This document shows positions 1 to 9,504 of a stretch of DNA of 64,000 nt, piece after piece; the stretch's first letter is position 1; each line of letters starts with the position of its first letter. This DNA is from Verrucomicrobiales bacterium (GTDB taxonomy: Bacteria > Verrucomicrobiota > Verrucomicrobiia > Verrucomicrobiales > V1-33): assembly GCA_031411295.1 (NCBI GenBank), contig JANOAV010000025.1, positions 1 through 64,000 of the forward strand. The letters are read 5' to 3'. The position numbers and the translations under genes are program-made. Under the pieces are notes generated by a model that saw only the letters and a program-made list of their open reading frames with translations, had not been told where the DNA came from and made no database searches.

Positions 1-173
1 CCAGGAGGCAGCGAGATCTGAGCCCACACGGGTCCGCATCAGCGACCAACGCCGACAAAACCACCTCCCGAGAATCTCCAACCGAGCCGCCGCGCGTCCC
101 GGCCAGCCCCGCGCGCCCGGTCAGATCAGATGTCCAAAAAATCCAAAAGCCGTTTTCGGGTTCAACAAACTAG
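1..173 (+). CDS. Probable 3' end of a CDS entering from the left (Pro/Ser-rich tail)
   Basis: Frame starting at nt 3 is open (RRQRDLSPHGSASAT...KPFSGSTN) to TAG at 171-173, immediately followed by a strong hairpin. Confidence 0.35.
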   Translation, partial: RRQRDLSPHGSASATNADKTTSRESPTEPPRVPASPARPVRSDVQKIQKPFSGSTN

Positions 174-215
174 ACAACGCAGTTCGTCCCCACGAACTGC
201 GTTGTTTACGTTTTT
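174..215. terminator. Perfect 14-bp hairpin, likely bidirectional intrinsic terminator
   Basis: ACAACGCAGTTCGT-CCCC-ACGAACTGCGTTGT followed by TTACGTTTTT; lies between convergent ORFs. Confidence 0.65.
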
Positions 216-270
216 GGGATAGCCGGTTGGACCGACGGATTCCTATAATTACGGAAACTTGGGAATGCGC

Positions 271-858
271 TCAGGCGTCCTCGGGCTCGTCGGCCCGAGC
301 GGCTCCAGGCACGCGCAGCGCGGCATCAAATTCGTCGATCACCACTCGGAGGAGGAGCATAACAATACCCATTTCCCGGGCCTGGAGGCGAATCATGCCT
401 TTGGGGGCGTGGGTGTTGAATTCGGCTAGTGTTTGCAAGCCCAGTTTGAGCAGGGCGGGTTGGCGGCATTCAGCGATGACCTCAGCATCATCCTGCTGCG
501 CCCGATCTTCCAGCAGATCTTCCAAAGCTGCTTCCATGGTGTCCAGATTCAACTCTGGTTGGAGGGTGCCTGGAGGGGCGAAGACGAAGGCAATTTGGAT
601 CAGGAGGGGAACCAAAATGGTGAATTGTTCCTCGGAAAGGTAGTCCTCCAGAAGTTCTTCGACGTCCTCAAACAGCGAGGAACCGCACTCCATCAATTCC
701 TCAAGCGCATCATGAGGATTGGGGAAATTCTCAGCTACTTCGTCCAACAGGAGCATGCACTCCTGCTCAGTGAAGGGCTGGTTCGGTAACGCCAGTGGGA
801 GCGGGAGTTCTGGGGTATCTTCTCCGGGCAGGTAAACGGCTTCGGTTTCTTCAGACAT
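271..858 (-). CDS. Hypothetical acidic helical protein
   Basis: 195-aa ORF with ATG start, 6 nt downstream of the preceding minus-strand gene; protein-like composition. Confidence 0.7.
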   Translation of the reverse strand: MSEETEAVYLPGEDTPELPLPLALPNQPFTEQECMLLLDEVAENFPNPHDALEELMECGSSLFEDVEELLEDYLSEEQFTILVPLLIQIAFVFAPPGTLQPELNLDTMEAALEDLLEDRAQQDDAEVIAECRQPALLKLGLQTLAEFNTHAPKGMIRLQAREMGIVMLLLRVVIDEFDAALRVPGAARADEPEDA

Positions 859-864
859 GGGAAA

Positions 865-1605
865 TTATTGGGCCCAGCGGCCGTTGATGACTGTGGGCAG
901 GGTGACGTTGTCAATGATGGCGGTGTAATCGGTTTTACCAGTGGCAGCCATCATGGGGTGGCCCGTGGCGCGTTTCCAGGCAAGATACATGCTGTCCGAT
1001 CCGTCCGCCATATTGCATCCCCAGCTCTGCACGTGGGCATAAGGGGCGAAGATGCCACGATGCAATTGGTTCATGCCTTTGACATGGAGGTAGCAAGTCG
1101 AGGCCCCCGTGATTTCTCCGCTGTAGTCGAAGAGGAAGCAATATTTATTGGAGTGGCCGAAGTATTCGAAGCCGGACATTTTCAAGCGGGAGTGGCTGTT
1201 GAGGAAGGAGCAAAATTCGGGAGTGGAGCTGAACCAAATCACCTTGGCTCCCAGTTTGGCGGCTTCGGTGGAAATCTCGCCAAAATCACATTTATACTGC
1301 ACGGTGGTGCTCCGGGCGTCTTCAGCGGCCCGGTTCACATAAGCTGGGCGATAGATCAACCAGGTGAGATTTAACGCCGGGCCATGCTGGGTGCGGAGTT
1401 GGCGCATGCGCATGATGGAGGCTTTGGTGAAGTTCCCCCAATACTTGTCATGACGATCTGCGGGCACTCGCAGGTCTTCAAATTTACGCAGGGCCGGACC
1501 TCCGGAGCAGACGACGTATTCGGTGTGAAGGTAGTCGAATGGTTGTTGGGCCCGAATCGGGAGGACCGTTAGGAAGAGCAGAAGAATCGCGAAAAGTCGG
1601 GTCAT
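865..1605 (-). CDS. Secreted hypothetical protein, possible His-Cys dyad (caspase/hemoglobinase-like fold)
   Basis: Signal peptide MTRLFAILLLFLTVLPIRA (ATG at 1605); motifs FEYFGHSN and QSWGCN. Confidence 0.7.
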   Translation of the reverse strand: MTRLFAILLLFLTVLPIRAQQPFDYLHTEYVVCSGGPALRKFEDLRVPADRHDKYWGNFTKASIMRMRQLRTQHGPALNLTWLIYRPAYVNRAAEDARSTTVQYKCDFGEISTEAAKLGAKVIWFSSTPEFCSFLNSHSRLKMSGFEYFGHSNKYCFLFDYSGEITGASTCYLHVKGMNQLHRGIFAPYAHVQSWGCNMADGSDSMYLAWKRATGHPMMAATGKTDYTAIIDNVTLPTVINGRWAQ

Positions 1606-1698
1606 AGTCTGGGAGCGTAGCACGACTGGTGACGCTGGAAAGTGAGAATTTTGCCAGCTTGGCGAAAATGGCGGACTGAGCGCGGACCGGACGAGGCA

Positions 1699-2496
1699 CT
1701 ACTTAGGTGCGGCCAAAAGCACTGGCTTCTTCGGCTTGGGAGCTGGTTGCGGGGCGGGGGCTTCGGCTGGCGCAGGCGTGGGTGCCGAGTTTTTGACCAC
1801 AGCTTTATCGATGGTTAGCGGTGCGGGAATATCGTTCTTGAACTGATCCAAATCCGGCTTGGGGATGGCCGGACCTTGCGGCACGCGGGCTTCCGGCAGC
1901 GCGAGGGAATTGGCACCGGTGCCTGCCACCGTGGTAGTGTCACTCTTGGGTTCGATGGCGGGGATAATTTTAAAATGGGTGGCCGCGCTGGACTCGGAAA
2001 CAGAGGAGGTCCCGACGGCTCCGCTGGCGACTCCGATACCGCCGCCAGCCGAAGCACTGCCCGGGGTGGGCTTGGTGCGCAGGACGCTGAGCAGGAGGAC
2101 CACCGCGGCGGCGGCTCCCAAGGTTAGGTAGGTGGCGAAGCGGGAGGGACGATTATCGAAAGCTTTGCGTTCAGCGAGGATCTTCTCCATGCTGAGCGGA
2201 GCCTTGGGCTGGTTGCTGGGGGCGGAGGTTCCAGCGGGGTAAGGTTCTGCGGTCAGGGTTAGCAGTCGCTCCCGCTGGGCCGCAGTCAGGCCGACAGAGT
2301 TGGCCTTTGCTGCTGCATCCGTCTGGAGGATGTGGCTCAAGGATCGAGCGGTCTGGCGGAGTTCGTGGCATTCGTTTTCCAGCATCTCTGCGGCAATGGG
2401 ATCATGGAAGGTCATCCGCAGCAGCCGGGTCTCGGCGGCGGAAAGTTCACCCAGGGCGTGGGCGGTGATGGTCGGGGTGTTGAGCGCGTGCTTCAT
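1699..2496 (-). CDS. Putative anti-sigma factor (single TM, Pro/Ala-rich exported tail)
   Basis: Directly downstream of an ECF sigma; N-terminal ITAHALGELSAAE resembles anti-sigma N-domains; TM LTLGAAAAVVLLLSVL. Confidence 0.6.
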   Translation of the reverse strand: MKHALNTPTITAHALGELSAAETRLLRMTFHDPIAAEMLENECHELRQTARSLSHILQTDAAAKANSVGLTAAQRERLLTLTAEPYPAGTSAPSNQPKAPLSMEKILAERKAFDNRPSRFATYLTLGAAAAVVLLLSVLRTKPTPGSASAGGGIGVASGAVGTSSVSESSAATHFKIIPAIEPKSDTTTVAGTGANSLALPEARVPQGPAIPKPDLDQFKNDIPAPLTIDKAVVKNSAPTPAPAEAPAPQPAPKPKKPVLLAAPK

Positions 2497-2503
2497 GGAA
2501 ATA

Positions 2504-3073
2504 TTAGGAATGAGCTGCGGCCAAATATTCCGCAGAGGAGGGTGGAAGGAATTCTGGCGACATCATTTGCCGGAGGCGATGGAGCGCGGTGTGGATCAGG
2601 AAGCCAACATTGGAGGAACTAAGCCCAGTGATGGCGCTAATTTCCTTATAACTGAGATCGGAGAGGAATTTAAGTTTAACCACTTCCTGTTGGTTGGCAG
2701 GGAGTCGATGGACGAAGCGCAGGACGCTGGCCGCTTCTTCGGCTTGGGAGAGTTGTTCGTCTGGTCCAGAATCTGGGGAAACAAATTCGGGCAGGGATTC
2801 GTCCTCCAGGCTGACTTGGCGTTTGCGACGGCGGAGGAAGTCGAGTCCCCGGTTGCGACAGACGGTGTAAAGCCATGCCTTGAGCCCGGTGGCGGTGATC
2901 CGTCCGGGGTCTTGTTCGTAAAGTTTAATGAATGTTTCCTGCACAATATCACGGGCGGCTTCAAGGTCTCCGACGAGATTCATGCTGTATCCCACCAACG
3001 GCCCCTCATACTCCTGCATCGCGCGTCGGACGAGCGCAGAGGGAGTTTCGAAAGGGGTGTTGGATGGAAGCAT
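2504..3073 (-). CDS. RNA polymerase ECF sigma-70 factor
   Basis: Region 2 (ARDIVQETFIKL, KAWLYTVCRN) and region 4 (LPANQQEVVKLKFLSDLSYKEISAITGLS). Confidence 0.92.
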   Translation of the reverse strand: MLPSNTPFETPSALVRRAMQEYEGPLVGYSMNLVGDLEAARDIVQETFIKLYEQDPGRITATGLKAWLYTVCRNRGLDFLRRRKRQVSLEDESLPEFVSPDSGPDEQLSQAEEAASVLRFVHRLPANQQEVVKLKFLSDLSYKEISAITGLSSSNVGFLIHTALHRLRQMMSPEFLPPSSAEYLAAAHS

Positions 3074-3179
3074 AGGTGGCGGATGTAAGCTGAAACGAGC
3101 TGGGGGAGAATTTCTTAGGGGAAATTAGCATATTTCTGTGAAGTTGCAGACTTTTCTGTCAGCGGGAAACACCGCACAG

Positions 3180-3209
3180 AGCCCCGGTCATCTTGCGATG
3201 GCCGGGGCT
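3180..3209 (-). terminator. GC-rich hairpin with GCAA tetraloop on the minus strand; possible terminator of 3423..5525
   Basis: AGCCCCGGTCATC-TTGC-GATGGCCGGGGCT; U-tract weak. Confidence 0.4.
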
Positions 3210-3422
3210 GGCTGCGGTTGAGGCGGACTGAGGTTCAGACTACAGGGACTGAGGTTGGTGCGCCATCGGGATCAAGGATGAAGGAATTTTCGGAAAGGAG
3301 CGGATTCTTGGTGTGCAGAGTTTGATTTGCGGGTTTGTGACTATTCTCCGGGATGAAGTGGCGGGAGGGGGTGTTTTATTCAGACGGGCGGGCAAGAACC
3401 TCTTATCCTTGAGAGATGAGTC

Positions 3423-5525
3423 TCAAATCCGTTCAACCAGGACACGAAAAAAGCACTTATCGCCTGCCGCGGATACAGAGACTTGGCTCATGGTGTATCC
3501 GCCGAAGTTGCTGATAGTGGTAGCTGGAGCGATGCTCCAGTTGGTTAGGTCGCTGGAGCATTGGATGGAAAGTGTCACGCCGGCAGCGCTGTTGAGTTTT
3601 GCGAAGGTGGCGCTCATTTTGCGGCCGTTCACGGTGTTGGTGAGGGTCACGTTTTGCAGGCCGCTCTTGCTGGAGGCCAGGGTGGGGTTGGTGCCCATGG
3701 CGTATTCCACCAGGTTGCAAACGCCGTCTTTGTCCGCATCACAGGTGTCGCCTGCGATGGCTTCGTTGGTGGCGTTGGCACCGAAGTATTGGACTTTCCA
3801 AGCGTTGATCGCGATCTCGCCAGCGGTCAGCGTCACGGCCTTTTGGGTGGGGGCGATGCTGTTTCCGCCGGAGAGGTTGAAGAAGGTGCCGCTGGTGGTG
3901 GTCTCGATTTTCACGGCTTTCACGATGTAGAGGCTGCTGTTAGGAACAGTCGTCTCGCTGAAGGTGGTGGTGGTCACGAGGCTGGAGTTGCAGCGGACGA
4001 AAGCTTGGCCAGCGGCATCAGCGCGATAGATATGGTAGCCGACGACACCCGTGCTGGCGGACCAGTTCAGGGTGCTGGTGCCGGACGTAATCGTGGCGGT
4101 CACGTTGGCCACCGGAGCCACTGGCAGGAGACGCAGGGTGGGATCGCCCATGAGGTTGAGGCTCACGGCTTTCATGTTGTAACCGATTTGCGCGTAGGCG
4201 TCGGTGGATTGGTTTTGAGCGGCTTGCACGCACTCACCCACGGTGCGGCCCAAGGCCATGCCGTAGAAATTGATGACTGGGCGACCGCTCCAAACGCTGG
4301 TTAGGGAAACACCGTTTGCTGCGATGATGCCGCGGAGGACGTTGTCAGCGGAGTTCCAATCACCGTAGTAGCTGCCGAAGCCTTGGTTGAAGACGGTATT
4401 CACGGTGCCGGTGGCCATGTCGGCGGTGGTGCCGATGCCTTGGATGCTGCTGTAGCTGCCATAGCCTACGGCAGTGCCGAAGAGGCTGGGGGTGCTGTTG
4501 CTCATGAAATCAGCGTCCACCATGTTAGCAGCGCCAACGCTGGCGCAGATGGCGCGGCGGCCGGAAGCGGCCAAGCCCTCACGCAGCGTGGAAAGATTAT
4601 CGTCCACCAGACCGCGGCGTTCCACGTTGGCAGCACCGGTGCGGAAGGCGTGGTTTTTGTCCAGGTAGCGGCAGATCAGATCTGCGTTGGTGAGGGGGGC
4701 AAAGGAAGGAAGATTGTCGAAATCGATGCGGCCCACGTTCATTTCCAGCGTGCTGGGGAAGCTGGATTGGTCATATTTGCCATCGCCTGGGATGTTGAAA
4801 TTTTCGCTGCGAGCGGCGGTCGTGGTGTTCACGGTGCTGTCGGTCCAAGTGCCGTCGAGGTCGCCATAGAAACCATCGCAAGGCCAGGCGCCTTTGTGCT
4901 CGGGATGGGAATCGGGGTTCAGGTTGCCGCTGTAGGGAACGGGCACGTGGCCGATGAGCACCAGGCTCTTCAGGCTGGTGTTGTAGCGGCTCACGATCGA
5001 AGCCTTCACGGAAGCAACACTGTCCGTAGGGTTCACGGTCAGTTGATCCACTGTCCAACCTTCACCAACGAGATCCGCGACCAGACGATTCACTTTGGTG
5101 GAGGTGGACGAGAGGATGTCCGAAGCAATGACCAGCAGCACGGAACCGCGGCTCTCGACCAAGGGAGCTTCGATTCCAGCCAGCACGTCGCCATAACTGG
5201 TGGGCTCACCAGTCACGGCAGGGGCGCCTGTGAGTTTGTATTCATAAGCAACTCCCACGGTGGCGGTAGAGTCGGTGTAGCCGGTGGAGGTGGCGGCCAG
5301 ATTGGAAATGGTAAGGGTGTTGGTGCCAGCGGCTTTGCGTTGCAGGGAATAGCTCTTCACATCCGAGCGAAGCGGCCAGCTAAGAACGATGGTTGACGAG
5401 GATTTCACCGTCTGCGCGGAAAGGTCTATGGAAACGATTTTTCCATAATCTTGAGCATTGACGATGTTCGTCATAGCAAAAAGCGCGGTCGCGAAGAGGC
5501 TGGTCAGTTGGTTGGTCGTTTTCAT
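3423..5525 (-). CDS. Secreted protein: FN3-like domains flanking a peptidase C25 (gingipain)-like domain, plus a Verrucomicrobial-type C-terminal domain
   Basis: Signal peptide; FN3-like segments (LSWP...YTDSTATVGVAYEYKL; LNWSASTGVVGYHIYR); C25-like motifs VLIGHVPVPYSG, DGFYGDLDG, VGRIDF, LMGDPTLRL; tail DADKDGVCNLVEYAMGTNP...SSDLTNW...FFRVLVE. Confidence 0.75.
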   Translation of the reverse strand: MKTTNQLTSLFATALFAMTNIVNAQDYGKIVSIDLSAQTVKSSSTIVLSWPLRSDVKSYSLQRKAAGTNTLTISNLAATSTGYTDSTATVGVAYEYKLTGAPAVTGEPTSYGDVLAGIEAPLVESRGSVLLVIASDILSSTSTKVNRLVADLVGEGWTVDQLTVNPTDSVASVKASIVSRYNTSLKSLVLIGHVPVPYSGNLNPDSHPEHKGAWPCDGFYGDLDGTWTDSTVNTTTAARSENFNIPGDGKYDQSSFPSTLEMNVGRIDFDNLPSFAPLTNADLICRYLDKNHAFRTGAANVERRGLVDDNLSTLREGLAASGRRAICASVGAANMVDADFMSNSTPSLFGTAVGYGSYSSIQGIGTTADMATGTVNTVFNQGFGSYYGDWNSADNVLRGIIAANGVSLTSVWSGRPVINFYGMALGRTVGECVQAAQNQSTDAYAQIGYNMKAVSLNLMGDPTLRLLPVAPVANVTATITSGTSTLNWSASTGVVGYHIYRADAAGQAFVRCNSSLVTTTTFSETTVPNSSLYIVKAVKIETTTSGTFFNLSGGNSIAPTQKAVTLTAGEIAINAWKVQYFGANATNEAIAGDTCDADKDGVCNLVEYAMGTNPTLASSKSGLQNVTLTNTVNGRKMSATFAKLNSAAGVTLSIQCSSDLTNWSIAPATTISNFGGYTMSQVSVSAAGDKCFFRVLVERI

Positions 5526-5943
5526 TGGTCTGGTCGGTTGGTTGGTTTTGGTCGAGGAAGCTCAGATTCGGTTCTGATTTCTGCGAACACTATAACCACC
5601 ACAATACCAGTTTCTACTAAAAATTATAATAATTATAGTTCAAATTTGCGAAAATCGCAGTTTTTAAGAGAAATTACTTGGTGATCAAGCTGGCCGAACT
5701 ATTTTTCCGCATGAAGTAGTAGAATTACGCGATTTCGGTGACGCAACTTTGAGAGGGTGATTAGCGGAGACAATGATCCCCCACGAGAGCCTCGAAATCC
5801 GAGCTAATCACAATCGGTCAGAAAGTTGCGTGGCATCCGGTGCCATAGGCAGGAGCAGGATGAAGGACCAATCAACGGCACTCGGCGGAAATCGTTCCTC
5901 CTGAACTTGTGTAAACAGCGGCGTGTGCTAATCTGCTGGAGCG

Positions 5944-6855
5944 ATGGACCAGACCAACTTCTACTTTCACTCAAACCAAGCACGCCCCTTTTTCCACGCA
6001 GGAGGGATGCCCGTGTATTTGACAACCATCTTGGTGGCAGTCCACGTTTTGGCCATTGTGCTTAGTGTCGCCCTGCCAGAGGTCCTGTTTGAAGGGATTA
6101 TCTTTGAGACAAGCAGAGTAGCTTCAGGGGAAATTTGGCGGTTGGTGACTTATATTTTATTCCATCCCATCTCGCTCATGATGGTCTTGGATGTCTTGTT
6201 CCTGTTTTTTTGTGGACGGCAGTTGGAGGAAATGTTCGGCCCCAAGAATTTCGGTATTTTATATGCGCTGGTGGTGGTGGTTCCCGCTTTGGTGCTCTGG
6301 TGCGGTTATGGGGCGACGATGACCAATTACGCGTTAATGGGGACCCAGTGGCCGCACTTCATGCTGCTCCTCAGCGTCGCTTTTGTGCAACCCAACGCCT
6401 ACATGTTTGTCTGCTGGCTGAAATTGAAGTGGCTGGCACTGGCTTATTTCGTGGTGGAAATACTATCCAATCTACAGCAGCGGGAATACATGATGCTGAC
6501 CGCTTACGTCCTTACCTGTGCTGTTACCTATTTTTGGCTCAGGCGCTGCGGCCTTGGAGCGAGATTCGATGGGGTCTTGGAGCGGTTGGGCGATTTTAAG
6601 CCCAAGTTGTTCGAACGAAAACCCAAGCTCCGAGTCTTGGAGGGCGGGCGGCCGCGTTCGGTGAATCCCAGCACTTACTACGAGCCCAAAATCAAACCCC
6701 GCCCCGAACTGGACCGCGAGCACCCTGCCGTCATCGAAATCGATGCGCTGTTGGATAAAATTTCCCGTGAGGGCTTCGGTAGTTTGACGGAGGAGGAGAA
6801 AAAAGCCCTGGATCGGGCGAGTGCGGAATTGAAGGATAAGGACCAGCGGCGGTAG
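5944..6855 (+). CDS. Rhomboid-family membrane protein with C-terminal DUF6576-like helix pair
   Basis: GEIWRLVTYILFH rhomboid L1 motif, multiple TMs, C-terminal EIDALLDKISREGFGSLTEEEKKAL; catalytic GxSG not evident. Start may be 6008. Confidence 0.8.
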   Translation: MDQTNFYFHSNQARPFFHAGGMPVYLTTILVAVHVLAIVLSVALPEVLFEGIIFETSRVASGEIWRLVTYILFHPISLMMVLDVLFLFFCGRQLEEMFGPKNFGILYALVVVVPALVLWCGYGATMTNYALMGTQWPHFMLLLSVAFVQPNAYMFVCWLKLKWLALAYFVVEILSNLQQREYMMLTAYVLTCAVTYFWLRRCGLGARFDGVLERLGDFKPKLFERKPKLRVLEGGRPRSVNPSTYYEPKIKPRPELDREHPAVIEIDALLDKISREGFGSLTEEEKKALDRASAELKDKDQRR

Positions 6856-6871
6856 CTCAAGGAGGATCGCT

Positions 6872-7741
6872 TCATTTCCGCAGGAACGCCAGAACAATGG
6901 CCACGGTTAGCAGAATGGTGCCAGCGAGCCGCCAGCCCAGGGCATCGTGGCTTTGGTGGCGTTCGTCATTGCCGAACCAGCGGCCGATGAGCCAGACCAG
7001 CACCAGGGACCACAGTCCGCGGATGCCATAGACAATATTGACCCGACCCGCATCGTGGAAAAACCCCAGCGCGTAGCCCATCATCATGCCTTGCACTGAC
7101 AACACCAGGCCGCCAATGATCGCAGGGCGGAGCACTCCAGGCGCGGTTTTCATACCACGCCAGCGGGTTGCCGTTAGAATGGCCAAAGAAATGAGCCCGA
7201 TGAACCCTGCCACTGCTCCTAGAAACGCGAAGCGTCCGTAGCTGAGGGCCCAGTTTTGCATGATGACATCCGACACCCCAAACATCAGCGAACTAAAGAT
7301 CGCAAACAGCACCGCCCGTCCGCCCGTCCGAGCTTTGGCGAAGTCCTTGAAGCCAATCAGGAAAATACCCACTGGAGTTAGCAGCGAAGCCACCCACAGC
7401 CCGGTCGTCATCGCTTCCCCTGTCCAGACCAAAGCCAGGGCTACGAAGATCACCTTCGTTCCCATCAGTGGGGTCACCAAAGAAACGTCTCCTAACCGAA
7501 TAGCGGCAAACATCGTGTAGCCCGCAATGCAGATCAATCCCGCCACCAAGGCCGGATGCCAGAGATCGACCAGTGGGATCGATCCGCCCCAGATCCACAG
7601 CGGCAGGAAGAAAACGCCCCCCACAAGGTTGGAAATGTGGAAGGTCTGGGCGGCGGTAGCGCCTCGTTGATAGCCTTGCTTAAAGAAAAGGGAGGCCAGC
7701 GAATAAATGATGGCTGCGAACAGCGGAAGAAGTAGATGCAC
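6872..7741 (-). CDS. DMT/EamA family transporter
   Basis: About 10 TM helices in two repeats; AIRLGDVSLVTPLMGTKVIFV. Confidence 0.85.
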   Translation of the reverse strand: MHLLLPLFAAIIYSLASLFFKQGYQRGATAAQTFHISNLVGGVFFLPLWIWGGSIPLVDLWHPALVAGLICIAGYTMFAAIRLGDVSLVTPLMGTKVIFVALALVWTGEAMTTGLWVASLLTPVGIFLIGFKDFAKARTGGRAVLFAIFSSLMFGVSDVIMQNWALSYGRFAFLGAVAGFIGLISLAILTATRWRGMKTAPGVLRPAIIGGLVLSVQGMMMGYALGFFHDAGRVNIVYGIRGLWSLVLVWLIGRWFGNDERHQSHDALGWRLAGTILLTVAIVLAFLRK

Positions 7742-7890
7742 CCTGCATCAACCCGGGGTGGGGGAGGAATGCAATGAGGAATGCTACCGCCCTCCTCCAC
7801 AAACAAGGAGGCCCCACCGCCGCCTGAAATTAGAAACATCAAAGTTTCTGGATGCAGAATGATTAACTCCACTTAGACTCCGTAAAATCT

Positions 7891-8700
7891 GTGATTACGT
7901 TAGCCATTACCAGTCAAAAAGGAGGGGTGGGAAAAACCACTACTTCCGTAAATCTCGCCTATGCCCTCGCCAAGCGGGGGTGGCATACCTTGTTGATCGA
8001 TACCGATCCGCAAGGCTCTGTCGGTCTGTCTTTATCAGAACGCGCCCGGAAGTGTGCTGGTTTCTACGATGCCGTGAACTCTGGCTTGCCCGCAGAACCA
8101 TTGATTCTGCAAACTCGTCTGCCGGAACTCGAATTGCTCGCGGCGGGTCAGGCCTACAGTTTCTTTGAAGTTGCCAACGACGGAGTCGATGCGGCGTCCG
8201 AAGTGCGACGAATCTTGCGGGAAGTGGCCGTGCGTCGCTTCGATCTGGTTATTTTCGATACTCCCGCCGGCCTTGGGGGCCTGACGGGAGCGGTGCTCCA
8301 GCAAGTGGATTTCGCGCTCGTGCCGCAACAGGCCGAGCCGCTGGGGCTGCGCTCGGTGCCGCAGGTTCTGGAAGCGCTGCGTTACCTGCGGAGAAACGGC
8401 TCCAAGATTGAACTGGCCGGCATCCTGCTTACCATGGTGCAAGCGGATCTGCCCCAAGCGCAGGAAGTAGTTAGAGAATTGAGGTCCCTCCTGCCCGGCA
8501 AATTGCTACTGGAGACCATGATTCCCCGGGACCCGGTGTTCCTGCAGGCTAGCAGTGCGGGAGTTCCGCTCGGCCTGCTGCACCGGAATCCCCCTGCTGC
8601 GGCCTATATCTTCGACCAGTTAGCAGCCGAACTCGAAGGGCGGATGCGCATGCAATCAACCAACAATGAAAGCGATGAATTCACTAGGCTCATGGATTGA
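7891..8700 (+). CDS. ParA/MinD-family ATPase (orphan, no parB adjacent)
   Basis: Deviant Walker A SQKGGVGKTT, LIDTDPQG, VIFDTPAG; GTG start. Confidence 0.92.
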   Translation: MITLAITSQKGGVGKTTTSVNLAYALAKRGWHTLLIDTDPQGSVGLSLSERARKCAGFYDAVNSGLPAEPLILQTRLPELELLAAGQAYSFFEVANDGVDAASEVRRILREVAVRRFDLVIFDTPAGLGGLTGAVLQQVDFALVPQQAEPLGLRSVPQVLEALRYLRRNGSKIELAGILLTMVQADLPQAQEVVRELRSLLPGKLLLETMIPRDPVFLQASSAGVPLGLLHRNPPAAAYIFDQLAAELEGRMRMQSTNNESDEFTRLMD

Positions 8701-9481
8701 CCAACAACAAATGGTCAGGGCGGCGGAAGATCTGGCCGGCCCCGCCTCGCTGGCTGATGAGTTCGCATTGCTCCTGACGGGGCCTGCGCCATCCGCTGCC
8801 AAACCTCTCCGGATCGAAGATTTTCAGATTGGACCTCCGTTGCCGGAAATGCCGGCCCAGGAAAAGATGAAAGTGCGTCATTTGCTGGAGGGCGTGAAAC
8901 GTCGCGCGCAAGACTCTGGACTGCTGGGTGGGAAATCAGCGATTGCCACCATCGCCTCCGACCACCTGCCTGCGTTACCCACGCCAGGGGCACTATCAGT
9001 CTTGCCAGTGCGGCCCCCCATGGCCCCGGTCGCTGATCAGGAATCCATCCTTTCCCGTCGAGGGTTGCCGTTTTTTGTGCCACCCGTGGGGCCTCTGGCC
9101 ACGCGAATTAGAGCCCTCATGGATTGGCTGAAACGTCAGGTAACCGCGGATGCCATCTTCATTATTGATGCCCAGGGGTGTCCGGTGTCCGATACGGAAC
9201 CAAGCCCGGAAATTCTTGCCAGTGCCGTCGTGCTTTCCGAAGCCGCTCGCCGCGCGGCCCGCCATGTCCCCACGGCGGGGGAAGGAGCCTTGCATATTGA
9301 TTTGCCCCAGGCGCAAAAACTCTGCGTCATTTATACCGAGACCAGTTATGGTTATTTCTGTCTCGGACTAGTGCTCGCAGAAGCCCTGAATACCTCCACT
9401 GCAGACCGCCTCCGTCGAGCCTTGCAACGAACGGTGGAGGCTGATGGAGAGACTGGTCCAGTAAAAATAGAGCGGTTCTGA
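8666..9481 (+). CDS. Hypothetical protein with C-terminal Roadblock/LC7-like domain
   Basis: Overlaps the parA stop; Pro-rich linker, then helix-beta-beta-helix-beta-beta-beta-helix pattern (AIFIIDAQGCPV...LCVIYTETSYGYFCLGLV...ADRLRRAL). Confidence 0.6.
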   Translation: MKAMNSLGSWIDQQQMVRAAEDLAGPASLADEFALLLTGPAPSAAKPLRIEDFQIGPPLPEMPAQEKMKVRHLLEGVKRRAQDSGLLGGKSAIATIASDHLPALPTPGALSVLPVRPPMAPVADQESILSRRGLPFFVPPVGPLATRIRALMDWLKRQVTADAIFIIDAQGCPVSDTEPSPEILASAVVLSEAARRAARHVPTAGEGALHIDLPQAQKLCVIYTETSYGYFCLGLVLAEALNTSTADRLRRALQRTVEADGETGPVKIERF

Positions 9482-9504
9482 TTGGCGTATCCCGCAGCGA
9501 TCAA

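Noticed and set aside
3210..3420. Possible small RNA or peptide (GGACTGAGGTT twice) upstream of the ECF gene
   Set aside because: Only an 11-nt duplication; no recognisable RNA family or credible ORF.
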